A stretch of DNA of 24,000 bases from positions 2,529,641 through 2,553,640 of the forward strand of contig BPJS01000001.1 in NCBI GenBank assembly GCA_026004735.1, given 5' to 3'. The position numbers were made by a program, and so were the translations under genes. The notes below the pieces were generated by a model. That model was not told the origin of the DNA and searched no databases. It saw only the letters and a list, made by a program, of their open reading frames with translations. Of this stretch, positions 1-8,983 are shown in pieces (the first letter of the stretch is position 1; each line of letters begins with the position of its first letter). The DNA comes from Isosphaeraceae bacterium. Lineage in GTDB: Bacteria > Planctomycetota > Planctomycetia > Isosphaerales > Isosphaeraceae.

Positions 1-8
1 GGCTCCAG

Positions 9-1925
9 GTGGAGCTGGCCGAGACGCGGGAGCGGATCGAGGCGCGAAAGCGGGAGGCGCGGCCCGAGTTTGACTCGTGGCTGGCGGCGCAGTCGGTCGA
101 GTCGCTCTCGGCGCTGGTGAAGCCGGAGGGGTTGCACGTCCGAGCCCGAGTGGGGCCGTTGAGCGACGATGCGGCGGCCGTTACGCCCGATCTGGAGCTC
201 GACGTGGCCGACTTCGAGCGGGATCAGCCGTGGACGGCGGCGGCATGGATCAAGCTAGGCCAGCGGGATCAGTCGGCGGCGATTGTGGCGCGGATGGACG
301 ATCAGGCCCAGTTCCGGGGCTGGGATTTGTGGATCGAGGGCGGCCGGGTCGGGACGCACCTGATCTCGAAGTGGCCCGAGGATGCGTTGAAGGTCGTGGC
401 CGGTCCGCCGATCGCCGAGAATGTTTGGACCCACGTCCTGGTACGGTACGACGGCTCGGGGAAGGCCAAGGGGGTCTCAATCTATTACGACGGCAAGAAG
501 CAGCCGACGGTGATCAAGGAGGATCGGCTCAGCGGCAGCACGCGAACCGATGTGCCGTTAAGGGTGGGACAGCGGCGGTCGTCATCGAGGTTGGAGAACG
601 CCGCGCTGCATGATGTGCGGGTCTACGGGCGGGCGCTCGATGAGAACGAGGTGGCGCGGCTGGCCGGTCTGGGGCGGGCCGTGGAACTGGTCCGGCTGCC
701 GGCCGATCAGCGGTCTGCGGATCGGGTGGACCCGGTCTATCGCTGGTGGTTGGAAACGCTGGACGAGCCGAGCCGGGAGCTTCGCGGGGCGGTCGCAGGA
801 CTCGAGGCGGAGGCGGCGTCGATCCGGCAGCGGGGCACCATCGCGCATGTGACCCAGGAGCGGGATCAACCGGCGATGGCGTATGTTTTGTTCCGGGGCG
901 AGTATGACAAGCGGCGGGATCCGGTGGAGCCGGATACGCCGGCGTTTCTCCCCCCCTTCCCTACCGATGCGCCGCGTAATCGACTGGGGCTCGCGCGTTG
1001 GTTATTGATGCCAGACCATCCGCTGACTGCTCGGGTGGCCGTGAATCGCTTCTGGCAGGAGGTATTCGGCCAGGGACTGGTTCGGACGTCCGGGGACCTG
1101 GGTTCGAGCGGAGAGCTGCCCAGTCACCCGGAGCTGCTGGATTGGCTCGCCGTGGAGTTTCGGGAGAGCGGCTGGGACGTTAAGGCCCTGTTCCGCCTGA
1201 TGCTCACTTCGAGCACGTACCGGCAGGCGGCAGTGACGACGCCGGAGAAACGGGAGAAGGATCCGGCCAACCGGCTTTTGAGCCGTGGTCCGCGGTTTCG
1301 GATGGATGCCGAGATGGTGCGGGATTATGCGTTGGCGGCCAGCGGTCTGCTGGTACGCCGGGTGGGCGGACCGAGTGTCAAGCCGTACCAGCCGGACGGG
1401 GTCTGGGAAGCGGTGGCGATGCCGGAGAGCAACACCCGGAAGTATGAGCGAGACACGGGGGACAAGCTCTACCGGAGGAGTCTGTACACGTTCTGGAAGC
1501 GGGCGGCGCCGCCGGCGCTTATGGAGACGTTCAACGCGCCGAGCCGGGAGACCTGCACGGTGCGTCGGGAACGGACCAACACCCCGCTCCAAGCACTGGC
1601 GACGCTCAACGATGTGACGTTCATCGAGGCGGCGCGAGTGTTGGCCGAGAGAGTGCTCCGGGAGGGGGCGGGGTGTGACGACTGCCGGGCCGACGGGATG
1701 GCCGAGCGGGTCCTGGCTCGACCGCTCCGGGAGGCGGAGCGGCCGATCATCCAGGCAACGCTAGAGTCCTTAAGTGCCTACTATCGCGACCACCCGGAGG
1801 AAGCGGCGGCGCTGATCGCGGTGGGTGAGTCGAAGGCCGACCCGCAACTAGATCCTCGGGAACTGGCTGCCTGGACGATGGTAGCCAACCAGATGCTCAA
1901 CATGGATGAGGCTCTGAACAAGTGA
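9..1925 (+). CDS. DUF1549/DUF1553-family (planctomycete cytochrome-like, PSD1) protein with LamG/concanavalin-like domain; 5' end probably outside the window
   Basis: Long ORF. C-terminal half has DUF1553 features (NRLGLARWLLMPDHPLTARVAVNRFWQEVFGQGLVRTSGDLGSSGELPSHPELLDWLAVEF; RRSLYTFWKRAAPPALMETFNAPSRETCTVRRERTNTPLQALATLND). N-terminal AWIKLGQRDQSAAIVARMDD...WTHVLVRYDG resembles a LamG domain. Followed directly by a DUF1501 gene, the usual planctomycete arrangement. Confidence 0.9.
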   Translation: MELAETRERIEARKREARPEFDSWLAAQSVESLSALVKPEGLHVRARVGPLSDDAAAVTPDLELDVADFERDQPWTAAAWIKLGQRDQSAAIVARMDDQAQFRGWDLWIEGGRVGTHLISKWPEDALKVVAGPPIAENVWTHVLVRYDGSGKAKGVSIYYDGKKQPTVIKEDRLSGSTRTDVPLRVGQRRSSSRLENAALHDVRVYGRALDENEVARLAGLGRAVELVRLPADQRSADRVDPVYRWWLETLDEPSRELRGAVAGLEAEAASIRQRGTIAHVTQERDQPAMAYVLFRGEYDKRRDPVEPDTPAFLPPFPTDAPRNRLGLARWLLMPDHPLTARVAVNRFWQEVFGQGLVRTSGDLGSSGELPSHPELLDWLAVEFRESGWDVKALFRLMLTSSTYRQAAVTTPEKREKDPANRLLSRGPRFRMDAEMVRDYALAASGLLVRRVGGPSVKPYQPDGVWEAVAMPESNTRKYERDTGDKLYRRSLYTFWKRAAPPALMETFNAPSRETCTVRRERTNTPLQALATLNDVTFIEAARVLAERVLREGAGCDDCRADGMAERVLARPLREAERPIIQATLESLSAYYRDHPEEAAALIAVGESKADPQLDPRELAAWTMVANQMLNMDEALNK

Positions 1926-1943
1926 GCGTGCACAGATACTGAG

Positions 1944-3434
1944 ATGAAACAGAGCGCCGGAGGCGGGGGAAGCCCCGGGGAGAGTCAGTCGATGCATCCG
2001 TATGACGAACAGTTGCGGTTGATGACGCGACGGCACTTTTTCGGGCGGGCCTCGAACGGGCTGGGGCTGGCGGCATTGGCGAGTCTGATGAGCCGCTCGG
2101 GGCGGGCTGGGCAGACGGGGGCTGTTGGCCCTCATTTTGCGCCGCGGGCCCGGCACGTGATCTACCTGCACATGGTGGGAGGTCCATCGCAGATGGACCT
2201 CTTCGACTACAAGCCGCAGATGGCCGACTGGTTTGACAAGGATCTGCCGGACAGCGTGCGGATGGGCCAGCGGCTGACGACCATGACCAGCGGCCAGGCG
2301 CGGTTTCCGATCGCGCCGTCGAAATACAAGTTTGCCCAGCATGGCCAGTGCGGCATGTGGGTGACCGAGCTTCTGCCGTACACAGCGCGGATGGTCGACG
2401 ATCTTTGCTTCATTCGAAGCATGCACACCGAGGCGATCAACCACGAGCCGGCCATCACGGCGATGCAGACCGGCAACATGGTTCCGGGGCGACCCTGTCT
2501 CGGGTCGTGGACCAGTTATGGGCTAGGCTCTGAGAATGACAACCTGCCGACCTTTGTGGTGCTCGTGGCCAAGGCGTCGAACAACGAGCAGAATCAGGCA
2601 ATCTCGGCGCGGTTGTGGTCCAGCGGATTCTTGCCCGGCGAGCATGCTGGCGTTTCGTTCCGGACCTCCGGCGACCCGATTCTGTTTATCCAGAATCCGC
2701 CAGGGGTCTCCGCGAGCGTTCGCCGCCGGATGCTCGATGGCCTCAGCGCACTCAACGAACTGACCTTTGCTGAGCTGGGCGATCCCGAGACCCGCACGCG
2801 GATCGAGCAGTACGAGCTCGCCTATCGGATGCAGACGAGCGTGCCGGAGTTGACCGATCTGTCCGACGAACCGGCTTCTACGGAAACGCTTTATGGACCG
2901 GATATTCACAAGCCGGGGTCGTTTGCTCACTCCGTGCTGCTGGCGCGGCGGTTGGTGGAACGAGGGGTGCGGTTTGTCCAGATTTATCACAACAACTGGG
3001 ATCACCATGCGAACGTGGCAGGCCGGATGCCCGACCAGTGCCGCGACGTGGATCAGCCGTGTTGGGGCCTGGTGCAGGACTTGAAGAGCCGGGGACTGTT
3101 TGACGAGACGTTGATCATCTGGGGTGGCGAGTTTGGTCGGACGATTTACAGCCAGGGCGGGCTGACCCATGAGAATTACGGCCGGGACCACCATCCACGC
3201 TGTTTCACGATGTGGATGGCCGGCGGGGGAAGCCGGGGCGGAACCATCTACGGTGAAACCGACGAATTCAGTTACAACATCATCAAGGACCCGGTGCACA
3301 TCCGCGATTTTCATGCGACGATCTTGAAGCTGCTCGGGTTTGACCACGAGCGGCTGACTTACAAATTCAACGGCTTGGATGCGCGGCTGACGGGCGTGGA
3401 GCCGGCCCGGGTGATTACGGAGCTGATCGCCTGA
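1944..3434 (+). CDS. DUF1501 domain-containing protein (Tat-exported, sulfatase-like fold)
   Basis: MTRRHFFGRASNGLGLAALASLM twin-arginine-like leader; HVIYLHMVGGPSQMDLFDYKP; TLIIWGGEFGRT...NYGRDHHPRCFTMWMAGGG; 18 nt after the upstream gene. Start codon uncertain (1944 or the internal ATG at MHPYDEQ). Confidence 0.93.
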   Translation: MKQSAGGGGSPGESQSMHPYDEQLRLMTRRHFFGRASNGLGLAALASLMSRSGRAGQTGAVGPHFAPRARHVIYLHMVGGPSQMDLFDYKPQMADWFDKDLPDSVRMGQRLTTMTSGQARFPIAPSKYKFAQHGQCGMWVTELLPYTARMVDDLCFIRSMHTEAINHEPAITAMQTGNMVPGRPCLGSWTSYGLGSENDNLPTFVVLVAKASNNEQNQAISARLWSSGFLPGEHAGVSFRTSGDPILFIQNPPGVSASVRRRMLDGLSALNELTFAELGDPETRTRIEQYELAYRMQTSVPELTDLSDEPASTETLYGPDIHKPGSFAHSVLLARRLVERGVRFVQIYHNNWDHHANVAGRMPDQCRDVDQPCWGLVQDLKSRGLFDETLIIWGGEFGRTIYSQGGLTHENYGRDHHPRCFTMWMAGGGSRGGTIYGETDEFSYNIIKDPVHIRDFHATILKLLGFDHERLTYKFNGLDARLTGVEPARVITELIA

Positions 3435-3557
3435 GCGTCAATCTGAGCCGTTGGACCTGGCGTCGAGGCCATCGTGTGGCCGTGGTGGTCCGATGGCTGG
3501 GTCGCGCCGAGCTGGTGCAGAAACCAGCGAAGTGCTGCCGCACAAACCAGCGAAACG

Positions 3558-3597
3558 CTACGGCCCCGGGCCGGAGGTTCCAACCGCGGGGCCGTAG
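3558..3597. terminator. Perfect 11-bp inverted repeat in the intergenic region between convergent genes; possible bidirectional terminator
   Basis: CTACGGCCCCG (3558-3568) pairs with CGGGGCCGTAG (3587-3597). An inner GGTT-CC-AACC hairpin lies in the loop. No U-tract. Located between the + gene ending 3434 and the - gene ending 3634. Confidence 0.5.
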
Positions 3598-3633
3598 GGA
3601 TGGGTGTTTGAGGCGACCGGCACGAGGCAGCGC

Positions 3634-5259
3634 TTAGAGGGCTAGCTCGATGTCTTCCTCGGACTGGTCGGGGGTGGCGTCGCTGCGGAAGTCGAACCAG
3701 TTGGGGTCGAAGTCGATGCGCCGCCGCTGGCGCATCGCGAGGTTGCTGGTCAGGGCGATGACGGCGTCGGCCAAGGCGATTTCGCCGTGGCAGCGGGGGA
3801 TCAGGGTGGCGTCGTCGACCTCGTAGATGCGGTCGCTCTGATTGGCGCGGATGCAGTAGGCGAAGTGTTCGAGTTCTTCGCGGTAGCCGCGGCTGGGGGC
3901 TTCGTCCCAGGCGGTGCCGGGGACGGCTGGGGTGCTGGCGCCGGCGAGGCTGGGGCTGGTTTCGACGGTGGGTTTGCCGCCGCGGTCGGCGACCGTAACG
4001 TAGGTCCCCTTGCCGCCGGCCGAGCCGGTGTTGGCGTCGGCCTCCTTATAGAGAAGGATCTCCTTCTCGCCCTCGACGATCATGGTGCCGCGGGTGCCGT
4101 AAACCATCTCGCCGTAGTTTTCGAACCGGTTGGTGTTGATCGAGGAGTAGGTGACGACGACGCGGTCGTGGCCGCGGGCCTCGGGGTCGTCGCGGGTGGG
4201 GAATTCGAAGGTGACGAAGACGTGGTCGTCGACTTCCCGGCCGTCGTCGTAGAAGAAGGTGCCGCCGATGCCGGTGACGGCGGTCGGGTGGACCTTGCCG
4301 AGAAAGATGGAGCAGGCGTCGAGCTGATGGCTGCCCAGCTCGGCCATTAGGCCGGCGCCAGTCTGGTTGTAGAGCCGCCACTGGACAAGCTGTTGCAGGT
4401 CCTTGTAGCGGTAGGTCCACTCTTTGCCCTTGCCGTTGCGGAAGCGGACGACGTGTTGGGAGACGTCGATCTGGCGGTCTTCGGCGGGGATGTCGGGCTT
4501 CCAGGAATCGTAATAGAGGATGTTGCCCTGATCGTCGCGGAGGGGGATGGGGTTGCCCTGAGCGTCGTAGACGATCTGGCCATCCTTTTTCTGGTACCGC
4601 GGGGTGGCGTTGTTGCGGTGCCAGAGGGCGCGGATGTGGCGGATTTCGCCGAGGTGGCCGTTTTCGACCAGGTAGTTGGCGTTGTCGTAGAGAGCCGAGT
4701 AGTGCCGCTGATGGCCGATGGCAAGCATTTTATTGGTCTCGTGGGCGACGCGGCACATGGCCTTGCATTCGCCGACCGAGTGCGCCATCAGCTTTTCGCA
4801 GAAGACGTGCTTGCCGGCGCGAAGGGCTTTGATGGCAACCGGTGCGTGGAGCCAGAGCGGCAGGGCGATGACGACCATCTCGACGTTGGGGTCGGCGAGC
4901 ATGGCGTCGACGTCGGGGTACATGTTCTTGGCGAAGGCCTCGACCTCGGCGGAGGAATAACCGCCGTGGGCGCGGAGGGTCTCGACGGCACGTTTTTGCT
5001 GGCTGGGACGGATATCGCAGAAACCGATGAATTGGAGATATTCAGGGTTGTGGTCATGGATCATAGCCTGGCAGCCTTCGTTGCCAGTGCCGATGATCGC
5101 GGCGCGGACGGGGCGGTCAACGGCCTTGTAGCCGAAGTAAAAGGCGCCGGCGACGGGAGCGACGGCCGCGCCTTGGAGGAAGCGGCGGCGGGTGACGCCC
5201 AGGACCGACCGGGCGTTTTCGCGGCCGATGGCCTTTTGTTCCGGGGTGAGAGTGGTCAT
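3634..5259 (-). CDS. Gfo/Idh/MocA family oxidoreductase with Tat-like signal
   Basis: N-terminal RRRFLQGAAVAPVAGAFYFGYKA; Rossmann AAIIGTGNEGCQAM; VEMVVIALPLWLHAPVAIKALRAGKHVFCEKLMAHSVGECKAM; QLDACSIFLGKVHPTAVTGIGG. Confidence 0.95.
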   Translation of the reverse strand: MTTLTPEQKAIGRENARSVLGVTRRRFLQGAAVAPVAGAFYFGYKAVDRPVRAAIIGTGNEGCQAMIHDHNPEYLQFIGFCDIRPSQQKRAVETLRAHGGYSSAEVEAFAKNMYPDVDAMLADPNVEMVVIALPLWLHAPVAIKALRAGKHVFCEKLMAHSVGECKAMCRVAHETNKMLAIGHQRHYSALYDNANYLVENGHLGEIRHIRALWHRNNATPRYQKKDGQIVYDAQGNPIPLRDDQGNILYYDSWKPDIPAEDRQIDVSQHVVRFRNGKGKEWTYRYKDLQQLVQWRLYNQTGAGLMAELGSHQLDACSIFLGKVHPTAVTGIGGTFFYDDGREVDDHVFVTFEFPTRDDPEARGHDRVVVTYSSINTNRFENYGEMVYGTRGTMIVEGEKEILLYKEADANTGSAGGKGTYVTVADRGGKPTVETSPSLAGASTPAVPGTAWDEAPSRGYREELEHFAYCIRANQSDRIYEVDDATLIPRCHGEIALADAVIALTSNLAMRQRRRIDFDPNWFDFRSDATPDQSEEDIELAL

Positions 5260-6275
5260 CGCGGGCTCCCTGAGGTGGAGAGGGGAATGGGCTGCCGGGG
5301 GTCGGACGAACCCCGGGGGCGGTCGGCCGTGGGAAGCAGAGCAGGGTTGGACCCGGGGGGGTCGGAAAACGGCACGCGTGGACCTGCATCGCGGCGACGG
5401 CGTCCCAGGCCGCCGAAGAGCCAGGCATCGAGGCCAATCCAGAGGCCATTGGGCGTGGCCGCCAGAACCAGACAGGCCAGCAGTTCGATCAGGTTTTTGT
5501 TAACGATCCAATAATGCCCCTCCGCCTGAGGCGGGACCGGCAACCCCGGCCAGGGCGGCTGGGCCAGGTAAAAGAGCGTCAGGAAGCCGGCGCCGGCCAG
5601 GGCGGCGACCGGGGTCAGCAAACCGAGCAACAGGCCGATGCCGACCAGGGTCAGTCCCCACTTGGTGATCTGGTTCGAGAGATCCAGGAGAGTCGGGGGA
5701 GGCTGATATTCACCGTAACTGGCTTTCTGAGCTTCGGTTGGGATGCCCGCGGCGGCCCAGTCCTTGCGAAGGCTCTCGGTCCAGCCATTCAGAATGCCGA
5801 CCAGCTCGCGGCGGGTGGTCTCGACCTCGCGGGCGGTCTTCTGGGCCAACTCGCGTTGGTAGGCCAGAGCGGACGGGTCGGACTCGACGGAGCGAACACG
5901 GTCGAGTTCGTGGAAATACTTGGCGATTTTTTCCGCGTTATCCCGGTCGAGAAACCAATCATCGGCGCGTTGGGCGGCGGCGTTGAGAGCTGCTTCGGCA
6001 GACTCGATCTGGCCGGGGTCGAGCCGGTAGTGGGCAATCAGCCGATCCAGCTCGTCGCGCCATTGCCGTTTCAGACCCTCGGGGCGACCGGCCTGGTCAC
6101 GGCTGAGGATCTCACGGGCGTCGACATCGGGGATGATGCTGCGGAAGGCGGACGCGAACGGCCCTTGAGCGGCCCGAAGGTACCCCTCCGAATTGAACGG
6201 TTTGCCGTCTTCCGGGTCGAGTTTGTGGAGGCCTTCGGTCAGGAAGTGCCAGCCGATCGCCGTGCGCAAGAGCAC
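5256..6275 (-). CDS. DoxX-like membrane protein with a large soluble insertion
   Basis: MLLRTAIGWHFLTEGLHKL start. Two late TM segments (LTLVGIGLLLGLLTPVAALAGAGFLTLFYLAQPPWPG; NLIELLACLVLAATPNGLWIGLDAWLFG). Start overlaps the stop/start region of the adjacent gene by 4 nt, suggesting co-transcription. Confidence 0.75.
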   Translation of the reverse strand: MLLRTAIGWHFLTEGLHKLDPEDGKPFNSEGYLRAAQGPFASAFRSIIPDVDAREILSRDQAGRPEGLKRQWRDELDRLIAHYRLDPGQIESAEAALNAAAQRADDWFLDRDNAEKIAKYFHELDRVRSVESDPSALAYQRELAQKTAREVETTRRELVGILNGWTESLRKDWAAAGIPTEAQKASYGEYQPPPTLLDLSNQITKWGLTLVGIGLLLGLLTPVAALAGAGFLTLFYLAQPPWPGLPVPPQAEGHYWIVNKNLIELLACLVLAATPNGLWIGLDAWLFGGLGRRRRDAGPRVPFSDPPGSNPALLPTADRPRGSSDPRQPIPLSTSGSPR

Positions 6276-6685
6276 GAGAAACAGGGCACCCCAAAAACCG
6301 GGATAGTAGCGGGTCGAGGCAGCCAGGGCATGACTCCTTTCGTTCGCTACGCAAAGGAAGCTGGCGATGGTTCAAAAAATCAGGAGCGTCCGGCTGGAGC
6401 CGGGGAAAGCCAGGGCGAACTCCGGGTTGCCTTGCGAGAGCGTCGTGTGAATTAAGGTACGCTGGCACGCGGCTGGCGGTGCGTTGGGGTACCTCAAATC
6501 CTTGCTTCATCAATTCTAAACAAGCAAACGGTCAGGTGGCTACCGTTTTGGCGGGGTGGGTGGGCGGCTCGGGACCGATCGGGGCGAAGAGGAGAACAAA
6601 ACGGCGGGCAGGCAAGGCGTTACAGATGGCGGCAGCGTGGGTCGAATCGAGTGAGAAGCGTGGGCTGCTCCCGGCCTGATGATGT

Positions 6686-7510
6686 TCAGCGCACGCTGGA
6701 ACGTGGCGCGGGGCGAGAGGGTCGGGCGACGTGGGCCGTACGCAGCGTGAGGTGAGGGGCGGAGAGGTGGTCGAACGGGGCGGAGCGAGCGGTTCCGGGG
6801 AGCGTCAGGGGGGGAGCCTGATCGAGGTCGAAGGGGAGGGCCTCGGCGGGTGGTGGGGGGAGTTGGTCGAGGTCGGGGGGTGTCGGGAGGGAGGGATTGG
6901 GTGGGTCGGGCGGTGGGGATGTCTCCCAGGCGCGAACGTCCCGGCCGGCGGAGGGAGGGTCGGTGGGGATCGGGGAGGGAAGAGGGAGCGGAACACCGGT
7001 CGGATTGAGCCGCTGGGTTTCGATCCGGGAGTCGAGAATCACGCTTGAGCGGCAGAGGTCGCAGGCGTCGCGGCAGACAAGGTCGAGGCGAGCCAGGGCG
7101 CGGCGTGCCCATTTGCGGGTGGCGTGGTCCGGGTCGCAGGCGGCCGCGTGCTGGAGCGCGGCGTGGACGGTGCTCAGGCAGGGAGCAGGCTTGATGCGTG
7201 CCAGGCTCTCGGCGGCTTCCTCGCGGACCTCGTCCTCGGGGTCGTTGAGTAGGGAGGAGGCCAAGGCGTCGAGGATGACGGGGTGGCGTCGCCAGTCGAA
7301 GCCGCGGAGCGCGACGGCGGCGTTGTCGCGGGTCCGCCAGCGGGGATGGTTCTGGAGGACGTCGATCAACGTGGCGACCCGAGCCGCGGCCGCGTTGGCT
7401 GGATCGCCGTAGACGACTGCGGCCGGCGTGACGGATCCGGTGCGGCGATGGCCAAAGTCGCAGCCAATCACGACCGAAGCCGCAACCATTACAGTGGCGA
7501 AGCAAGTCAT
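6686..7510 (-). CDS. HEAT-repeat protein, putative lipoprotein, with Pro-rich C-terminus
   Basis: MTCFATVMVAASVVIGC lipobox-like start; ALASSLLNDPEDEVREEAAESLARI and AALQHAAACDPDHATRKWARRALARL match HEAT-type helices. Start chosen at the internal ATG. Confidence 0.65.
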   Translation of the reverse strand: MTCFATVMVAASVVIGCDFGHRRTGSVTPAAVVYGDPANAAAARVATLIDVLQNHPRWRTRDNAAVALRGFDWRRHPVILDALASSLLNDPEDEVREEAAESLARIKPAPCLSTVHAALQHAAACDPDHATRKWARRALARLDLVCRDACDLCRSSVILDSRIETQRLNPTGVPLPLPSPIPTDPPSAGRDVRAWETSPPPDPPNPSLPTPPDLDQLPPPPAEALPFDLDQAPPLTLPGTARSAPFDHLSAPHLTLRTAHVARPSRPAPRSSVR

Positions 7511-7658
7511 GGGGAACAGACTCCGATTCCAAGGATCGCGCGCCACCCGAGAAATCGTAATGCGACCGACAAGGCCGAGTCCTGCCGCTCGAAATGATCT
7601 GTCGAACCGCGTTTGTATCGAGCAACCGCCATGCCAAGGGTTGCGGGCAGCGGTCGCG

Positions 7659-8591
7659 ATGATGTGGGTTTTGGGGCTGGTGGGGTTGATCGGGCTGGCG
7701 GAATTGGGACGGGTCGGTGGTTGGGTGCTCGGTGGGTGGACGCTGATCGGCTATGTGGGGGCGATGGGAGTGTGCGGGTGGATTTGGACCGATGCGCGGG
7801 GAACGGCGTTACGGCCGGCGGTGGTTTGGAGCGGGGTGAGCCTCGGAGTGTTGATGGCGGACGTGGTGTTGGGGGTAGACGGGCGACCGCTGGGACCGGT
7901 CGGTCCGGTGCGGGGTGGCTGGACGACTCTGGGGGCGTTGGCCGTCGTGGCGTCGGCGGTGTCGGTGCTCAATGCGCGGAACCCGGGGGCCGGGGTCTGG
8001 GCTGGGCTGGTGGGGGTTTTGGTGGTGATGGTAGTGATTCGGCCGCTGGCCTTGGGAGGGGGCGACCTGGTGCAGGCTTTGGGGGAACTCGGGGAGCTTG
8101 AGGTCTCGTGGCGGATGTTTTTGGTTGTGCTGGCGGTCGTGGGGCTGGGAAATTATGCCGGGACGAGGCGTTGGAAGGCCGCGCTGGTGGTGGGACTGGG
8201 GGTCGTCGGGTGGTTTGTGTTTGGGGCGGGGCCTGCGGCGGAGTGGCAGGGCGTGGCGCGGTGGGTGTTGCTGGGTGGGCTGCCGTTGGGCTGGCTGATC
8301 TTGGGGATCGAGGATCGGCAGGCTCGACGGGCTTCGTCGGATTTGGAGCGGCTCTGGTATTGGTTTCGGGATCGGTGGGGGTTGGTTTGGGGGCTGCGGG
8401 TTCTGGAGCGCCTGGAGCGAGAGGCGGAGGTGGCGGGGTGGACGTTCCGGCTGGGTTGGGACGGAGTGGAGCCTCGCGGCGCGGTCGGGGAGATTGAGAC
8501 CAGCGACCTGGCGGCGGCGACACCGGTCTTGCGGGGTCTGTTGCACCGCTTCGCGCGGCCTTGGAGGCTCGACCGAGTGGTCTCGGGGTGA
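7659..8591 (+). CDS. Multi-TM integral membrane protein of unknown function
   Basis: Repeated hydrophobic segments (MMWVLGLVGLIGLAELG; AGVWAGLVGVLVVMVVIRPLAL; MFLVVLAVVGLGNYAG; ALVVGLGVVGWFVFGAG). The ORF track's longer 5' extension overlaps the antisense HEAT gene and is probably not translated. Confidence 0.6.
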   Translation: MMWVLGLVGLIGLAELGRVGGWVLGGWTLIGYVGAMGVCGWIWTDARGTALRPAVVWSGVSLGVLMADVVLGVDGRPLGPVGPVRGGWTTLGALAVVASAVSVLNARNPGAGVWAGLVGVLVVMVVIRPLALGGGDLVQALGELGELEVSWRMFLVVLAVVGLGNYAGTRRWKAALVVGLGVVGWFVFGAGPAAEWQGVARWVLLGGLPLGWLILGIEDRQARRASSDLERLWYWFRDRWGLVWGLRVLERLEREAEVAGWTFRLGWDGVEPRGAVGEIETSDLAAATPVLRGLLHRFARPWRLDRVVSG

Positions 8592-8712
8592 GCTCCCGGG
8601 CCGAATCGTGAAAGTCTGTGAGTGGGTTGACGGCGGCCTCGGGACTTGAGGAAGCTAACGTAGGCTGATTTGGTTGAGCAACCAGTTGGCTTGATGGGAG
8701 GATACGATCACG

Positions 8713-8955
8713 ATGGACGTTACGCTCGAATATTGCGCGGCTTGAAACTATGAGCCTCAGGCCGTCAGTCTGACGGCGAAGCTGCTGCCCCGGTATAAGT
8801 TTGCGATCCGGACGTTTCGGTTGATTCCCTCGCGAGGCGGATGTTTTGAGTTGAAGGTAGGAGATCGGCTGCTGTATTCGAAGCTGGCGACGGGCCGGTT
8901 TCCGGATGAGGATCAGTTGGTGGCCGAGGTCGGCAAGGCGCTCGGCGCTCCGTAG
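8713..8955 (+). CDS. SelW/Rdx-family (SelT/SelW/SelH-type) selenoprotein with in-frame UGA (Sec) at 8743-8745
   Basis: ATG8713...TAG8955 translates, with UGA as U, to MDVTLEYCAAUNYEPQAVSLTAKLLPRYKFAIRTFRLIPSRGGCFELKVGDRLLYSKLATGRFPDEDQLVAEVGKALGAP (80 aa). It has the CxxU redox motif after a beta strand, a GG-C-FE(L/V)KV segment and a SK..TGRFP segment, all typical of the Rdx/SelW family. GGGAGG lies upstream at 8696-8701. A hairpin sits downstream of the UGA. Confidence 0.92.
8761..8777 (+). promoter_or_regulatory. Bacterial SECIS element candidate of the SelW-like gene
   Basis: GCCGUCA (8761-8767), loop GUC (8768-8770), UGACGGC (8771-8777): perfect 7-bp stem. Apical loop begins 22 nt after the UGA and starts with GU. 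Confidence 0.8.
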
Positions 8956-8983
8956 AACCGGCTGCGACCCCGAGGCCTGATCC

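Noticed and set aside
4393-5514. 373-aa + strand ORF opposite the Gfo/Idh gene
   Set aside because: V/G/D-rich shadow frame with no recognisable domain; the opposite strand clearly encodes Gfo/Idh/MocA.
7428-7658. 5' extension of the multi-TM ORF
   Set aside because: Runs antisense through the HEAT protein start and has no domain-like sequence; a plausible start is ATG7659.
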